Positions 44,694 to 54,396 of a DNA stretch of 64,000 nucleotides are shown in pieces. Within the stretch, counting starts at the first letter, position 1, and each line of letters opens with the position of its first letter. Source of the stretch: Terracidiphilus sp. (GTDB lineage: Bacteria; Acidobacteriota; Terriglobia; Terriglobales; Acidobacteriaceae); assembly GCA_035317045.1 (NCBI GenBank), contig DATHHT010000017.1. One strand, 5' to 3'. The translations under genes and the position numbers were made by a program. The notes below the pieces were generated by a model. It did no database searches. It saw only the letters and a list, made by a program, of their open reading frames with translations, and was not told the DNA's origin.

Positions 44694-45770
44694 ATGAGTA
44701 CAGTTCTTGTTACGGGTGGTTCGGGATTTATTGCCAGCCATACGATTGTGCAACTACTGGCGGCGGGATACCATGTGCGGACTACGGTGCGGAGTCTTTC
44801 GCGCGAGGGCGATGTGCGCGCGATGTTGAAGAACGGGGGCTGCGATCAGGCGAGCCGCCTCTCCTTTGTCGCGGCGGATCTGATGAACGATGCGGGGTGG
44901 CCGGCGGCGGTCGCTGGTTGCGAATTTGTGCTGCACATGGCTTCGCCGTTTCCTGCAAAGCTTCCGAAGGATGAGGATGAGTTGATTGTTCCGGCGCGCG
45001 AGGGTGCGCTACGGGTACTGCGCGCGGCCAGGGATGCGGGCGTGAAGCGCGTGGTGCTGACGTCGTCGTTTGCCGCCGTGGGATATGGGCATCCTCCACG
45101 GCGCGAACCGGGACCTGTTCGTGGGGGACCCGGTCCAGAGCAAGAGGAGGTTTTCACGGAGAAGGACTGGACTGATCCGACACAACCGGACGTAATGCCG
45201 TATACGAAATCGAAGACGCTGGCGGAACGGGCGGCGTGGGATTTTATCGCGCGCGACGGTGCGGGACTTGAGTTGGCTGTGGTGAATCCGGTAGGGGTGT
45301 TCGGACCGGTGCTGGGGCCGGATTATGCGACGTCGATTCTGCTGGTGCAGAAGATGATGGACGGTGAGATGCCGGGAGTTCCGCGGATGTGTATCGGCGT
45401 GGTGGATGTGCGCGATGTGGCGGATCTGCATTTGAAAGCAATGATGAATCCGCTGGCGAAGGGCGAGCGATTCCTGGCGGTGACAGGAGACTTCATGTGG
45501 CTGGTGGAAATCGCCAAGGTGATTAAAGCGCGGCTGGGCGACGCGGCGAAGCGGGTGCCAACGCGGCAGTTGCCCAACTGGCTGATGCGGCTGGCGGTGT
45601 TGAAAGAGCCGGCAGTGAAGCAGATTATTCCCGAGTTAGGCAAATGGAAAAATGCTACGAGCGAGAAAGCGCAACGCGTGCTGGGGTGGATGCCGCGTTC
45701 ACGCGAAGATAGCGTGGTGGCTACGGCGGAAAGCATGATACGGCTGGGGCTGCTGAGGAACAGGGACTAG
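44694..45770 (+). CDS. NAD-dependent epimerase/dehydratase (extended SDR, aldehyde reductase-like)
   Basis: VLVTGGSGFIA, LHMASP, VVLTSS, YTKSK; contains a REP-derived insert near 45100-45135. Confidence 0.9.
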   Translation: MSTVLVTGGSGFIASHTIVQLLAAGYHVRTTVRSLSREGDVRAMLKNGGCDQASRLSFVAADLMNDAGWPAAVAGCEFVLHMASPFPAKLPKDEDELIVPAREGALRVLRAARDAGVKRVVLTSSFAAVGYGHPPRREPGPVRGGPGPEQEEVFTEKDWTDPTQPDVMPYTKSKTLAERAAWDFIARDGAGLELAVVNPVGVFGPVLGPDYATSILLVQKMMDGEMPGVPRMCIGVVDVRDVADLHLKAMMNPLAKGERFLAVTGDFMWLVEIAKVIKARLGDAAKRVPTRQLPNWLMRLAVLKEPAVKQIIPELGKWKNATSEKAQRVLGWMPRSREDSVVATAESMIRLGLLRNRD

Positions 45771-45900
45771 GGACTAGGGACGTAACGACCATGGTCGAGG
45801 GAGTAGGGAGCATCAGGCTGATTCTGCGGAATGCGGCGCTGGTCAAGTGGAATGACCGTTGAGGCGGTCGCTTCTTGTATTCACTTCTGGTGTTCTTAGA

Positions 45901-46761
45901 TCATGGTTGGGGTGAATCTGTGGAAGAGGCCTTCTTCTCTTCGTTCTCTTTGCGGGTTTGCATGGCTTTGTGCGCCCACTCTTTTGCCTTGGCAACGTCT
46001 TCGTCGCGCAGGGCGGGGTTCTGGTAGTCCACATCGGCCTGGCGACGATAGACCAGATTCATGTACGCCATCGCGTCATCGTAGTTGGGCCGACCCTCGA
46101 TTGCACGCCTGAGGTATTGGAGACCTTCTTCGACCAATGCGCGGTTCTGCCGGCTTATCGATTCGAGCACCTCTGGCGGCGCATCGTGGTTGCCTTCACC
46201 GTCATCCTGTAAGCCAGCCACGGTAAGCGCAGCTAGTGCATGGGTGTGCGCCCGGGTCCAGTCGATGACGCCGATGGTGTAGGCGGCTTCGGAATCGTTG
46301 GGATCTTCCGCTAGAACTTTCTTCTGCCATTCCCGGGCATCGTCGAAGCGCATTGTGCTGAAGTAGACGGCGGCGACCTGCTTGAGGCTGTTGATATCGT
46401 GCGGATTCTGGGCGAGAACGACCTTGAAGTTCTCGACGGAAGCATCTGCGGTTTTCAAATTGTCGGGCGTGTGGAGGCCGGGGACCACGTTTTGAGCTTG
46501 GGCAGTACCTAAATACGCTCGGGCGAGCGTGAGACACGGAGCGAGTTCAGTCGCTTTTTGAAAATGACTGATGGCTTCAGAATAGCGAGCACCCTTATAG
46601 GAGTCGACGCCCTGATTGAGCTCTTCGCGGGCTGCCGGGTTATCCGATGCGCTCGAACCCAGACAGTTTGGAGTTTGTCCTGGTGAAGGGACGGAGAGAA
46701 GGAAGAGTGAACTGAAGACTGCAAGAGGAACCTGGCGGAGCACCCATTTCAACATGCGCAC
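45901..46761 (-). CDS. Secreted TPR-repeat protein
   Basis: Signal peptide; TPR-like helices (YSEAISHFQKA, EAAYTIGVIDW, YDDAMAYMNLVYR). Confidence 0.8.
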   Translation of the reverse strand: MRMLKWVLRQVPLAVFSSLFLLSVPSPGQTPNCLGSSASDNPAAREELNQGVDSYKGARYSEAISHFQKATELAPCLTLARAYLGTAQAQNVVPGLHTPDNLKTADASVENFKVVLAQNPHDINSLKQVAAVYFSTMRFDDAREWQKKVLAEDPNDSEAAYTIGVIDWTRAHTHALAALTVAGLQDDGEGNHDAPPEVLESISRQNRALVEEGLQYLRRAIEGRPNYDDAMAYMNLVYRRQADVDYQNPALRDEDVAKAKEWAHKAMQTRKENEEKKASSTDSPQP

Positions 46762-46835
46762 CTTCGGTCAAACGGAATGGCGGACAAGCCATCATAGTTC
46801 GAAATGATGGATTGGATTGTGACGGGGTCGAGAAA

Positions 46836-47276
46836 CTAGAGAAGTTTGCCGGCGGCGAGGTCGCGGATGAGTCCGCGATCGGCGGCGAGGAATTCGTAAT
46901 CGGGGAGTTCTTCGAGTTTGACCCACTTGAACTGGTGGAAGATCTTGTTCTCCAGTTCGCCCTTGAAGGAGGGTATGGAGAAGAATTGCAGGTCAACCGC
47001 GCCGCCGTGGCGGTAGTTATGGCGGATGTGCGTGACGCGCGGTCCGATTGTGGCGGAAATACCCAGTTCTTCCTGGAGTTCGCGAAACAAAGCCTGTTCG
47101 GGGCTTTCGCCCTGCTCGATTTTGCCGCCGGGAAACTCCCACTGGAGGGCCATGGGCTGGTCGGGGCGGCGCTGGCAGATGAGGACAAGACCGTCGCGAA
47201 GCAACAAACCTGCGACGACAAAACGTAGCGCAGGACCCGGGGGGCGCGGGTTTAGTAGAGGCTGCGGTTCTTCCAC
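46836..47276 (-). CDS. MutT-like NUDIX hydrolase
   Basis: Nudix box WEFPGGKIEQGESPEQALFRELQEELG; likely GTG start at 47276. Confidence 0.9.
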   Translation of the reverse strand: MEEPQPLLNPRPPGPALRFVVAGLLLRDGLVLICQRRPDQPMALQWEFPGGKIEQGESPEQALFRELQEELGISATIGPRVTHIRHNYRHGGAVDLQFFSIPSFKGELENKIFHQFKWVKLEELPDYEFLAADRGLIRDLAAGKLL

Positions 47277-47540
47277 TTCTCCAGTGTAAATGCTTTGCAG
47301 TACAAGTTGGTGTGACGTGGGCAACGCATGTTTCAAGGATTCAATTGAAGACCGCATGTTTTGTTGTTTGTATTTACAAATAATTCTTTCACAGGGCGAG
47401 AATCGTTGGCGGATTTAAACAGAGTGCGAGGTTTTTGTTCTGACAAATACAGCAAGTTAGCGATCGCTTCGCGATCAAGCGAGTCAGCAGGTCAGCGGCG
47501 AAGGAAGTTCCACCGTGAACCTTGATTCCGAACCAGAAAC

Positions 47541-48287
47541 CTATTCGCCGGCGATGGGGGCCGGCAATTCTTCAGCTTCGCGGGGGCGGAAATAGCCCCA
47601 GCCGCGTTTGGCGCATTCTTCGAGAAGTGCGGATGAGGGGTTGATGGGGAACGGATGGGCGGCGATCTCGAGCATGGCGAGGTCGTGGAGCGAGTTGCCG
47701 AAGACGGCGTCGGGACGGGGAAGGCCGATGCGGCGAAGGGCCGCAGCTTTTGCCGGCCCGGTGGGCACGTCGACGAGTTCGCTGGTGATCAGGCCGTCGA
47801 CCACTTTAACTTCGGCGGCGAGGACGCGTTCTTCGGGAATGCCGAAGCCGCGAACGCCTTCGGAGACGACCCATTTGTTGGTGGAGCTGACGGCCCAGAG
47901 TTCGATGTTGCGTTTTCGCAACGTTTCGATGAGCGCGGCCAATTCCGAAAAGATGTTGGGGCGCACGTGCTCGTTGAAGTAGCGCGCCGCGGCCTCGCGG
48001 AGTTCCTGCTCGCGAAGGCCCGCATAGATCTGAACCATCTCTCCGCAGATCTGGGCCTCGTCTACTTTTCCAGCGACGTAGGCGCGATAGCGCGTATCCA
48101 TCCAATCGGTGGTGGAGCGGGAGACGAGGCCCTGGTCGATCGACCAGACCATAAAACCGTTGCCGGAATCTCCACTCCAGAGGGTGCCGTCGCAGTCGAA
48201 GACGGCGATTCGTGGAGAAGCCGCGGTGACGAGGCGTTCGAGTTGTTGTGCGGTCCAGCGGGTTACTTCAAGTTGCGCAGATGACAA
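47541..48287 (-). CDS. HAD-IB-family hydrolase
   Basis: AVFDCDGTLW, VSST, K, FGNSLHDLAML; start uncertain (TTG 48287 proposed). Confidence 0.85.
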   Translation of the reverse strand: MSSAQLEVTRWTAQQLERLVTAASPRIAVFDCDGTLWSGDSGNGFMVWSIDQGLVSRSTTDWMDTRYRAYVAGKVDEAQICGEMVQIYAGLREQELREAAARYFNEHVRPNIFSELAALIETLRKRNIELWAVSSTNKWVVSEGVRGFGIPEERVLAAEVKVVDGLITSELVDVPTGPAKAAALRRIGLPRPDAVFGNSLHDLAMLEIAAHPFPINPSSALLEECAKRGWGYFRPREAEELPAPIAGE

Positions 48288-48651
48288 GAGATTCGGTCCT
48301 TTTTCAAAGCGTCCACCTCTATTCTCGTCGATCACAGCCTGGGAGCGCACCTGGCCATAGAATGAACGGTTACCTACGGAGTCATCGATGCGGTAAAGCA
48401 GTTCAGGGCGAGACGGATCTGCTTCTCCTGGAAATGAACTGGAGAGAGTCCTTGATTCCGAATAATCGATCGGCCAGCTCGATGCGCATATCGCGCGCGG
48501 CCGGCGGCATTCTGAGGCGGCTGGATCTGAAATAACGAGAATCCGATCCTTGTCTGGCGGGATCGGCATCTAAGCCACGAGATTGGTTATTGACTCGCGG
48601 GAGAGGCGAACGGACTGCGCTTTCGCGAAGGCCCAGGTGGTGAAACAAGGC

Positions 48652-49389
48652 ATGGATCACAGGCTCTCGCGATTGTCAGTACTGATGATGTGCGCGCTTG
48701 GAGCGGTGAGCTTGACGGCGGGTGCGCAAGATCCATCGCATGTGCTTCCAGATGCGCCCACACCGAATCCGATTCCTCGCACGGCTGTGCAAGGTGGGTC
48801 CATCGGGCGCAGCGCTGTGCCGATGCCGACGCGACCGCCGGTTGCAATGGCGAGGCTGAGCGGGCGGCAAAAGTATGCTCTGGCGTATCGGAGGATTGTG
48901 TCTCCGCAGACTCCCTTGAAGGCGGCGTTGGACTCAGGGTTCGAGATGGCGGCGGGGACGGGCCCGGATTTTCAGAGGAATGGATTGAGTGCATTTGGGA
49001 AGAGGGTCGGCTACAACGGGCTGAATATTTCGACCGCAATCTTTTTCGACACGGCGTTTGTGCCGGCACTGGTGCATCAGGACCCGCGATACCCGGTGCT
49101 CGGGCAGGGCCCGGTGAAGACGCGGGTAGCGTGGGCGATCAAGCACGAATTTGTGGCTTTCAGGGATGATGGGCGGGAGATGCCGAATTACGGCAACCTG
49201 GTAGGACTTGGATTGGCATCACTTACGGCCAATGCGTATACGCCGCGCGACAGTGTGGGCTACGGCGACACGATGGAGGGGTACTTGATCAATATTGGCG
49301 TCAGCACCGCGTTGAATGTGGTGATGGAGTTCAAGGTTTTTGATCAGGTGAAGACGCTTGTGCGCCACTCGAAAGCCGACAAGGATTGA
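48652..49389 (+). CDS. Secreted/outer-membrane hypothetical protein
   Basis: Signal peptide, Pro-rich linker, FGKRVGY...LVHQDPRY...PNYGNL. Confidence 0.75.
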   Translation: MDHRLSRLSVLMMCALGAVSLTAGAQDPSHVLPDAPTPNPIPRTAVQGGSIGRSAVPMPTRPPVAMARLSGRQKYALAYRRIVSPQTPLKAALDSGFEMAAGTGPDFQRNGLSAFGKRVGYNGLNISTAIFFDTAFVPALVHQDPRYPVLGQGPVKTRVAWAIKHEFVAFRDDGREMPNYGNLVGLGLASLTANAYTPRDSVGYGDTMEGYLINIGVSTALNVVMEFKVFDQVKTLVRHSKADKD

Positions 49390-49477
49390 GTTAACGAACT
49401 TGAGGCCTTGATGAAGCAGGTTCGGTAACTCCGCAAGATGACTCAGGTCACCTCATTCGGCGCGGATAATTGATCGT

Positions 49478-50548
49478 GTGGGCGTTGAAAACAACATCGG
49501 GCTCCTAAAGGACTACCAAGCTTACTTGCGGGTGGAAAAGGGGTTGCGCCCACTGACCTGCGAGGCCTACGACGGCGATCTCAAGACGTTCGCCGAGTTT
49601 CTGGAGGGCCGGCAGGGCGTGCTGGTGACGGCGGTGCAGCAGGATGTGGCCGCGTTTCTGGAGCATCTGCGCAAGCATTCGATTGATTCGCGCAGCGCGG
49701 CGCGGAAGCTGAGTTGCCTGCGGGGATTCTACAAATGGCTGCTGCTGGACCGGCGCATCCATCACGATCCAACCGTGAATATTGAGTCGCCCAAGTCGTG
49801 GAAGGTGTTGCCGAAGTCGCTGGCGGAGCCGGAAGTGGCGGAGATGCTGGAGCGCGCGGCAATGACTGCAGAGCATCCGCAGGCGCAGGCGACAGCATTG
49901 CGCGATAGCGCGATTCTGGAGTTGCTGTATGCGGGCGGGCTGCGGGTTTCGGAGATTACGGGATTGGGTACGGGCGATCTGTCGCTGGATGCGGGGCGGG
50001 TGCTTGTGCGCGGAAAGGGCGACAAGGAGCGAATTGTACCGCTGGGGCGCACGGCAGTGAAATCGCTTGAGACGTACTTGCGCGAGGGCCGTCCGCACCT
50101 GGCGCGTATCAGCACGAAGCCAAAGACGATTCCTTCGCGTCAGGATGCGACACGGCTGTTTCTTTCATTGCGCGGGATGCCGCTGACGCGGCAATGGGTG
50201 TGGCACCTGGTGAAGATGGCGAACAAGGACGCAAGTCCGCACAAGCTGCGGCATAGCTGCGCGACGCACATGGTGGAACATGGCGCGGATTTGCGCAGCG
50301 TGCAAACGATGCTTGGGCACGCGGACATTTCGACGACGCAGGTGTATACGCACCTGGCGCTGGGGCGGTTGAAGGCGGTGCATCGCGAGCATCATCCGCG
50401 AGCGAAGACCAGGATGCAGGCCGAGAATGCGACAAAGGGCGAGGCTGTGCGGGGAAGCTCGCTGCGCATTATTCACGGCGGCAAGGAGAAGAAGCGGGTC
50501 GGCGACCAAGGCGAGAACGCGAGCAGTGGTGACAAGGAGCAGAAATGA
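49478..50548 (+). CDS. xerD: Site-specific tyrosine recombinase XerD (with C-terminal extension)
   Basis: LRVEKGL N-domain, [49 protein letters not shown]. Confidence 0.88.
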   Translation: MGVENNIGLLKDYQAYLRVEKGLRPLTCEAYDGDLKTFAEFLEGRQGVLVTAVQQDVAAFLEHLRKHSIDSRSAARKLSCLRGFYKWLLLDRRIHHDPTVNIESPKSWKVLPKSLAEPEVAEMLERAAMTAEHPQAQATALRDSAILELLYAGGLRVSEITGLGTGDLSLDAGRVLVRGKGDKERIVPLGRTAVKSLETYLREGRPHLARISTKPKTIPSRQDATRLFLSLRGMPLTRQWVWHLVKMANKDASPHKLRHSCATHMVEHGADLRSVQTMLGHADISTTQVYTHLALGRLKAVHREHHPRAKTRMQAENATKGEAVRGSSLRIIHGGKEKKRVGDQGENASSGDKEQK

Positions 50549-51552
50549 GCATCGCGCAAGATGCGTTGGATGAGCTGGAAACGCCGGCGCAACTCGCACC
50601 GCCGCCGCTTGCCGGGTTGGTGGAAGAGTATCTGCGCATGCTTGAGTTCGAGCGTCGCTCATCGGAGCACACACTGCGCGCGTATCGGCGGGAGTTGATG
50701 GGATTTGCTGTGTATGTTGCGAAGCGGCATGCGGCACTGAAAGCAGTGGATCAGATCGAGCATACTCATATTCGCGCTTATCTTGGGGCGTTGCTGGAGC
50801 GTGGATTGTCGAAGGCTTCGACGGCGCGGGCGCTGGCGGCGATTCGAAGCTGGTTCAAGTGGCTGGCGCGGACGGGGCGCGTGGAACAGAACGAGGCTTC
50901 GCTGGTGGCGACTCCGCGACTGCCGAAGCTTTTGCCGCGCGTGCCATCAATCGAGCAGATGAATCGCGTGGTGGACAGCGTTGAAGAAGATGCAGCGAGC
51001 TGGCCGGCCCGGGACAAGGCGATTCTGGAATTGCTGTATGGATGCGGTATCCGAAATGCGGAATTGACGGGATTGAATCTGAACGATATTCACTGGGCCA
51101 ATGAGGCGATCCTGGTACGTGGCAAGGGACACAAGCAGAGGCTGGTTCCGCTAGGGGATGCGGCGGCGCTGGCGCTGCGTGCGTATCTCGGTGAACGGGC
51201 TGCGCGGTTGACGGCGAAGTTGGCTGGAGGGAAGGGGCAATCAACTCCGGCACTTTTTTTGAGCCTGCAACTGCGCGGGTTGGGAAAGCCGGGCGGTGAG
51301 GCGCGGCTGACGACGCGGAGTGTGGGGCGGATTGTGAAGCGGGTGGCGATTCTGCGCGGGCTTTCAGCCGATGTGCATCCGCATACGCTACGCCATGCGT
51401 TCGGCACACATCTGCTCGAAGAGGGCGCGGACTTGCGGGCGATTCAAGAGTTGCTGGGGCACGAGAGATTGTCGACGACGCAGCGATACACGCAATTGAC
51501 GACCTCGCAATTGGAAGCGGTCTACGACCGGACGCATCCGCGGGCGCGATAG
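50545..51552 (+). CDS. xerC: Site-specific tyrosine recombinase XerC
   Basis: [53 protein letters not shown]; ATGA-coupled to xerD. Confidence 0.88.
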   Translation: MSIAQDALDELETPAQLAPPPLAGLVEEYLRMLEFERRSSEHTLRAYRRELMGFAVYVAKRHAALKAVDQIEHTHIRAYLGALLERGLSKASTARALAAIRSWFKWLARTGRVEQNEASLVATPRLPKLLPRVPSIEQMNRVVDSVEEDAASWPARDKAILELLYGCGIRNAELTGLNLNDIHWANEAILVRGKGHKQRLVPLGDAAALALRAYLGERAARLTAKLAGGKGQSTPALFLSLQLRGLGKPGGEARLTTRSVGRIVKRVAILRGLSADVHPHTLRHAFGTHLLEEGADLRAIQELLGHERLSTTQRYTQLTTSQLEAVYDRTHPRAR

Positions 51553-51569
51553 CGTTTAGCCATCGAGTG

Positions 51570-52451
51570 TCATTCCGGCAAGCTGAAATCGAAGATGCGG
51601 CCGGTGGCGGCACCGCCCGTGCCGCGTCCTTCTGTGCCGTTCACCTGCTGGCCGGTGGCCATGAAGAACCCGTATTCGCCGGGTTTCAGATCCTGGCTCA
51701 GCGTGACCTTGTAAGTGCGTATGCCCACGTGCGCCGATTCGAACGGAATCTCTTTGTCCGATTTCAATCCCGCCTTGCCGCCGCCAAACTTGCCTCCCAA
51801 ACCACCAACCTGGAATTCGCGGCGATTGCCTTTCTTGATCAGCTTCAATAACGCATAGTCGGAGGAGCTGCCGCCATCGGGAACATACAGATAGAACACG
51901 GGGCGGCGATCTCGAACGATGTGGCTGGAAGTCGGGCCACTCAATGTCGCATCCCAGTGAAGCCCGCGAACACCATACGTGAACATACTGCCTGCCTTGC
52001 CGCCGATCTTGGTGTTACTCAGCACGTGCCCATCGATCAGGACGAAGCGGCTCTCGTCTCTCCAATACACGCCGACCTCGGGTGGCGGCAGGTTGGGATC
52101 GAGGGTCATTGGAGCCGCCCCTTGTGCAACGAAAGTTGCCGGTGGTGTGGGATTGATCATTACCCGCATCACTCCGTCAGGTACGCTTGCAGTTTTCAGA
52201 GCTTGCAGGGCCTGAACGCTGGTGTCGAATCGCAACGAGCCTGGATCTGCCGCATTCATGGCGCGAATCTTCGCGGTGATGACCTCCTCGGAGAGACCCA
52301 TCTGCACCATGCTGACAACGTCATCGTTGGTGAAGCGCTTGTGCGCAAGCTCGGAATCCTGAGCATGCGCGGCCAAACCTGATATAAGCAGCACAATCAT
52401 CAAGCACGCTGGAAGCAGAGGAGCTGACCGAAGACTTTTCATGAGGGGCAC
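51570..52451 (-). CDS. Secreted hypothetical protein
   Basis: Signal peptide; NDDVVSMVQMGLSEEVI helical domain followed by a beta-rich domain. Confidence 0.75.
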   Translation of the reverse strand: MPLMKSLRSAPLLPACLMIVLLISGLAAHAQDSELAHKRFTNDDVVSMVQMGLSEEVITAKIRAMNAADPGSLRFDTSVQALQALKTASVPDGVMRVMINPTPPATFVAQGAAPMTLDPNLPPPEVGVYWRDESRFVLIDGHVLSNTKIGGKAGSMFTYGVRGLHWDATLSGPTSSHIVRDRRPVFYLYVPDGGSSSDYALLKLIKKGNRREFQVGGLGGKFGGGKAGLKSDKEIPFESAHVGIRTYKVTLSQDLKPGEYGFFMATGQQVNGTEGRGTGGAATGRIFDFSLPE

Positions 52452-52455
52452 CTTT

Positions 52456-53751
52456 TCATTTCGATGTTTTGGAGTGATTCGGACTTCCGGAGCGCGCGAG
52501 CGTCACCATGATCGTCCCGCCGCCCGGTATATCTACCGAGGTATGGATATTGTTGGGATCCTGCATATTCCCAGACAGCGGGCCTGTCAGGTGAAGAGAC
52601 GGCATATAAACGTCATCTTCCCGCGGAAAGCAAACCCATTTTCCATCGTTGAGGCCGCAACTGGATTGATGCGACTTCCCGATGATCGGAGGAGGCATTG
52701 GTGCTCCACTGGGCCCCACGAACCCGGCAATCCATATGGAGTATGTTCGGTGGGCATCATCTACCGCGATGCCTAACTTTACCCGGCGATCTCCGTCTGC
52801 GTTTCCATCCATGGTTTCCGCGCTGATCTTCTGAAGATGGTAGGCGCGGCCTCCATCGGACACTCGCACGCGACCCTGGGCCTGGACTGTTCGCTCGACA
52901 TGGCCGTGATAGTTTGCGGTGCCATCCTGCACGTCGATCATGACGGTATCCTGCAAAGCGCTGGACACATCATTCAGTTCGTTGTGGGTCTCAACCCGCG
53001 TGCGCGGCCCCCAGTAGGAGATCTGGCCGCTCCACCTGGGAAGCTTCAATTCGCATCCGCAGCTCTCGTCTCCCTGGAACTTTCCCCCCATGGCGTCAAT
53101 CCAGTCTCTGCCTATCTGTATAAACGCATCGTGGGTGATGGAAGGCGGCGCTGGCGCTATGTATGCTGGATTGTCTTTGTCCAAATACTGGTCAGCGTCG
53201 AGGCCTCGCGTGCCGAGGAACGCTGTGCCTGCAAAATTAGTTCCTCCATCATCATTCTGAAGATGGCGCATGAACCCATCAGCCGTTCCCGTCGACCTCT
53301 TGATCTGACGGCATAGCGTTATCGCATCCTTGTGCGGGAATGAAAGGAAGCTGGGAGCGAGCGTCCAGTTGCTATCTCGCCCGGGTGCCATGTTGCTGTG
53401 GCAATCTTTGCAGCCACGATCCATCTCGGCCGTACCGTCCGCTGGATTTACGTTGTGTTCGTGAGGTTCACGTCCTCCGCCATGTTGCACCTCCGATGCC
53501 GGAGCATTGGGGTCGGCGGGATCGAGTCCAACGCCATCGATGTATGGATTGACCCGTCCATGGCAGTTCACGCAGCGCGGCTCATTGACTATGAAAGCGG
53601 AGATCTTTGCCCAGGCTGCGACTGCCTTGCTGCTTTGGGCCTCGGTTAAAGGGCAGGACGAACCTTTTTGCGCAGAAACTTGCAGTGGTGCGAAAGCAAC
53701 AGCCAACGTCGCCAGAGTTCCTATTACGACCTTGTGATCACGACCGTTCAT
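52456..53751 (-). CDS. Secreted di-heme c-type cytochrome-domain protein with an extra C-terminal domain
   Basis: Signal peptide; CVNCH (53560-53574) and CKDCH (53398-53412); W.LAP...LCRQIK. Confidence 0.75.
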   Translation of the reverse strand: MNGRDHKVVIGTLATLAVAFAPLQVSAQKGSSCPLTEAQSSKAVAAWAKISAFIVNEPRCVNCHGRVNPYIDGVGLDPADPNAPASEVQHGGGREPHEHNVNPADGTAEMDRGCKDCHSNMAPGRDSNWTLAPSFLSFPHKDAITLCRQIKRSTGTADGFMRHLQNDDGGTNFAGTAFLGTRGLDADQYLDKDNPAYIAPAPPSITHDAFIQIGRDWIDAMGGKFQGDESCGCELKLPRWSGQISYWGPRTRVETHNELNDVSSALQDTVMIDVQDGTANYHGHVERTVQAQGRVRVSDGGRAYHLQKISAETMDGNADGDRRVKLGIAVDDAHRTYSIWIAGFVGPSGAPMPPPIIGKSHQSSCGLNDGKWVCFPREDDVYMPSLHLTGPLSGNMQDPNNIHTSVDIPGGGTIMVTLARSGSPNHSKTSK

Positions 53752-54000
53752 CTATGGCCTTTGGAGTAAAGAATGGGACAGCGGGAGGCAAAACTCAGGA
53801 AACGCCGAGGCACGGTGAACTCCTTTCGAATTTCTTCGCGGGGAAGGTGCTTTCGATCAAGAAGATCGAACGCGCCGAGCTGTTCCCGAGTGGCTTCTAC
53901 TTTGAGAAACGTAGAATCGCGCACAATCGGCTCACCAGAGAGAAAAAGTAGTTATTGGCGGTTGGATTCGAGGCTCGGGAGCTTTGATGCGCCGCACCAC

Positions 54001-54047
54001 TTGACAATCGAGAGGTGTGATGGGTATACCTCTTGATTATCTAGTGG
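54001..54047 (+). promoter_or_regulatory. Promoter and PadR operator
   Basis: TTGACA (54001), 18 nt, TATACC; imperfect inverted repeat CCTCTTGA-TTA-TCTAGTGG (54029-54047). Confidence 0.55.
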
Positions 54048-54057
54048 TGGAGAGACG

Positions 54058-54387
54058 ATGGGTGATGAATCGCGGGAACTGGTGCAGGGAACCCTGGAGA
54101 TGCTGGTCTTGAAGACGCTGGCCCTGGAGCCGATGCATGGATACGGCATTGCTTTGCGGATCGAGCAGATCAGCGCGGGTGTTTTTCGCGTGAATCCCGG
54201 ATCGCTATTGCCGGCGCTGAATCGCATGGAGCGGGCGGGACGGGTGAAATCGGAGTGGCGCGTGTCGGCAACGAATCGGCGCGCGAAGTATTACGTTTTG
54301 ACAAAACGCGGATTGAAGGCCCTTGAAGAGGAACGGCAGCAGTGGGATCGCCGGACGGCGGCGATCGGCAAAATTCTCGAAGCATAA
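54058..54387 (+). CDS. PadR-family regulator, acidobacterial type
   Basis: LVQGTLEMLVLKTL...MHGYGIA, GSLLPALNRME, RRAKYY. Confidence 0.93.
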   Translation: MGDESRELVQGTLEMLVLKTLALEPMHGYGIALRIEQISAGVFRVNPGSLLPALNRMERAGRVKSEWRVSATNRRAKYYVLTKRGLKALEEERQQWDRRTAAIGKILEA

Positions 54388-54396
54388 GGAGATGGC

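Noticed and set aside
48290-48580. Separate gene or ncRNA between the HAD and secreted-protein genes
   Set aside because: Several short overlapping frames but none with recognisable motifs, SD or a convincing structure.
49478-51552. Tyrosine recombinases as an integron or prophage integrase
   Set aside because: They lack the integron-integrase insertion and have no attC, phage or att context; the motifs fit chromosomal XerD and XerC.
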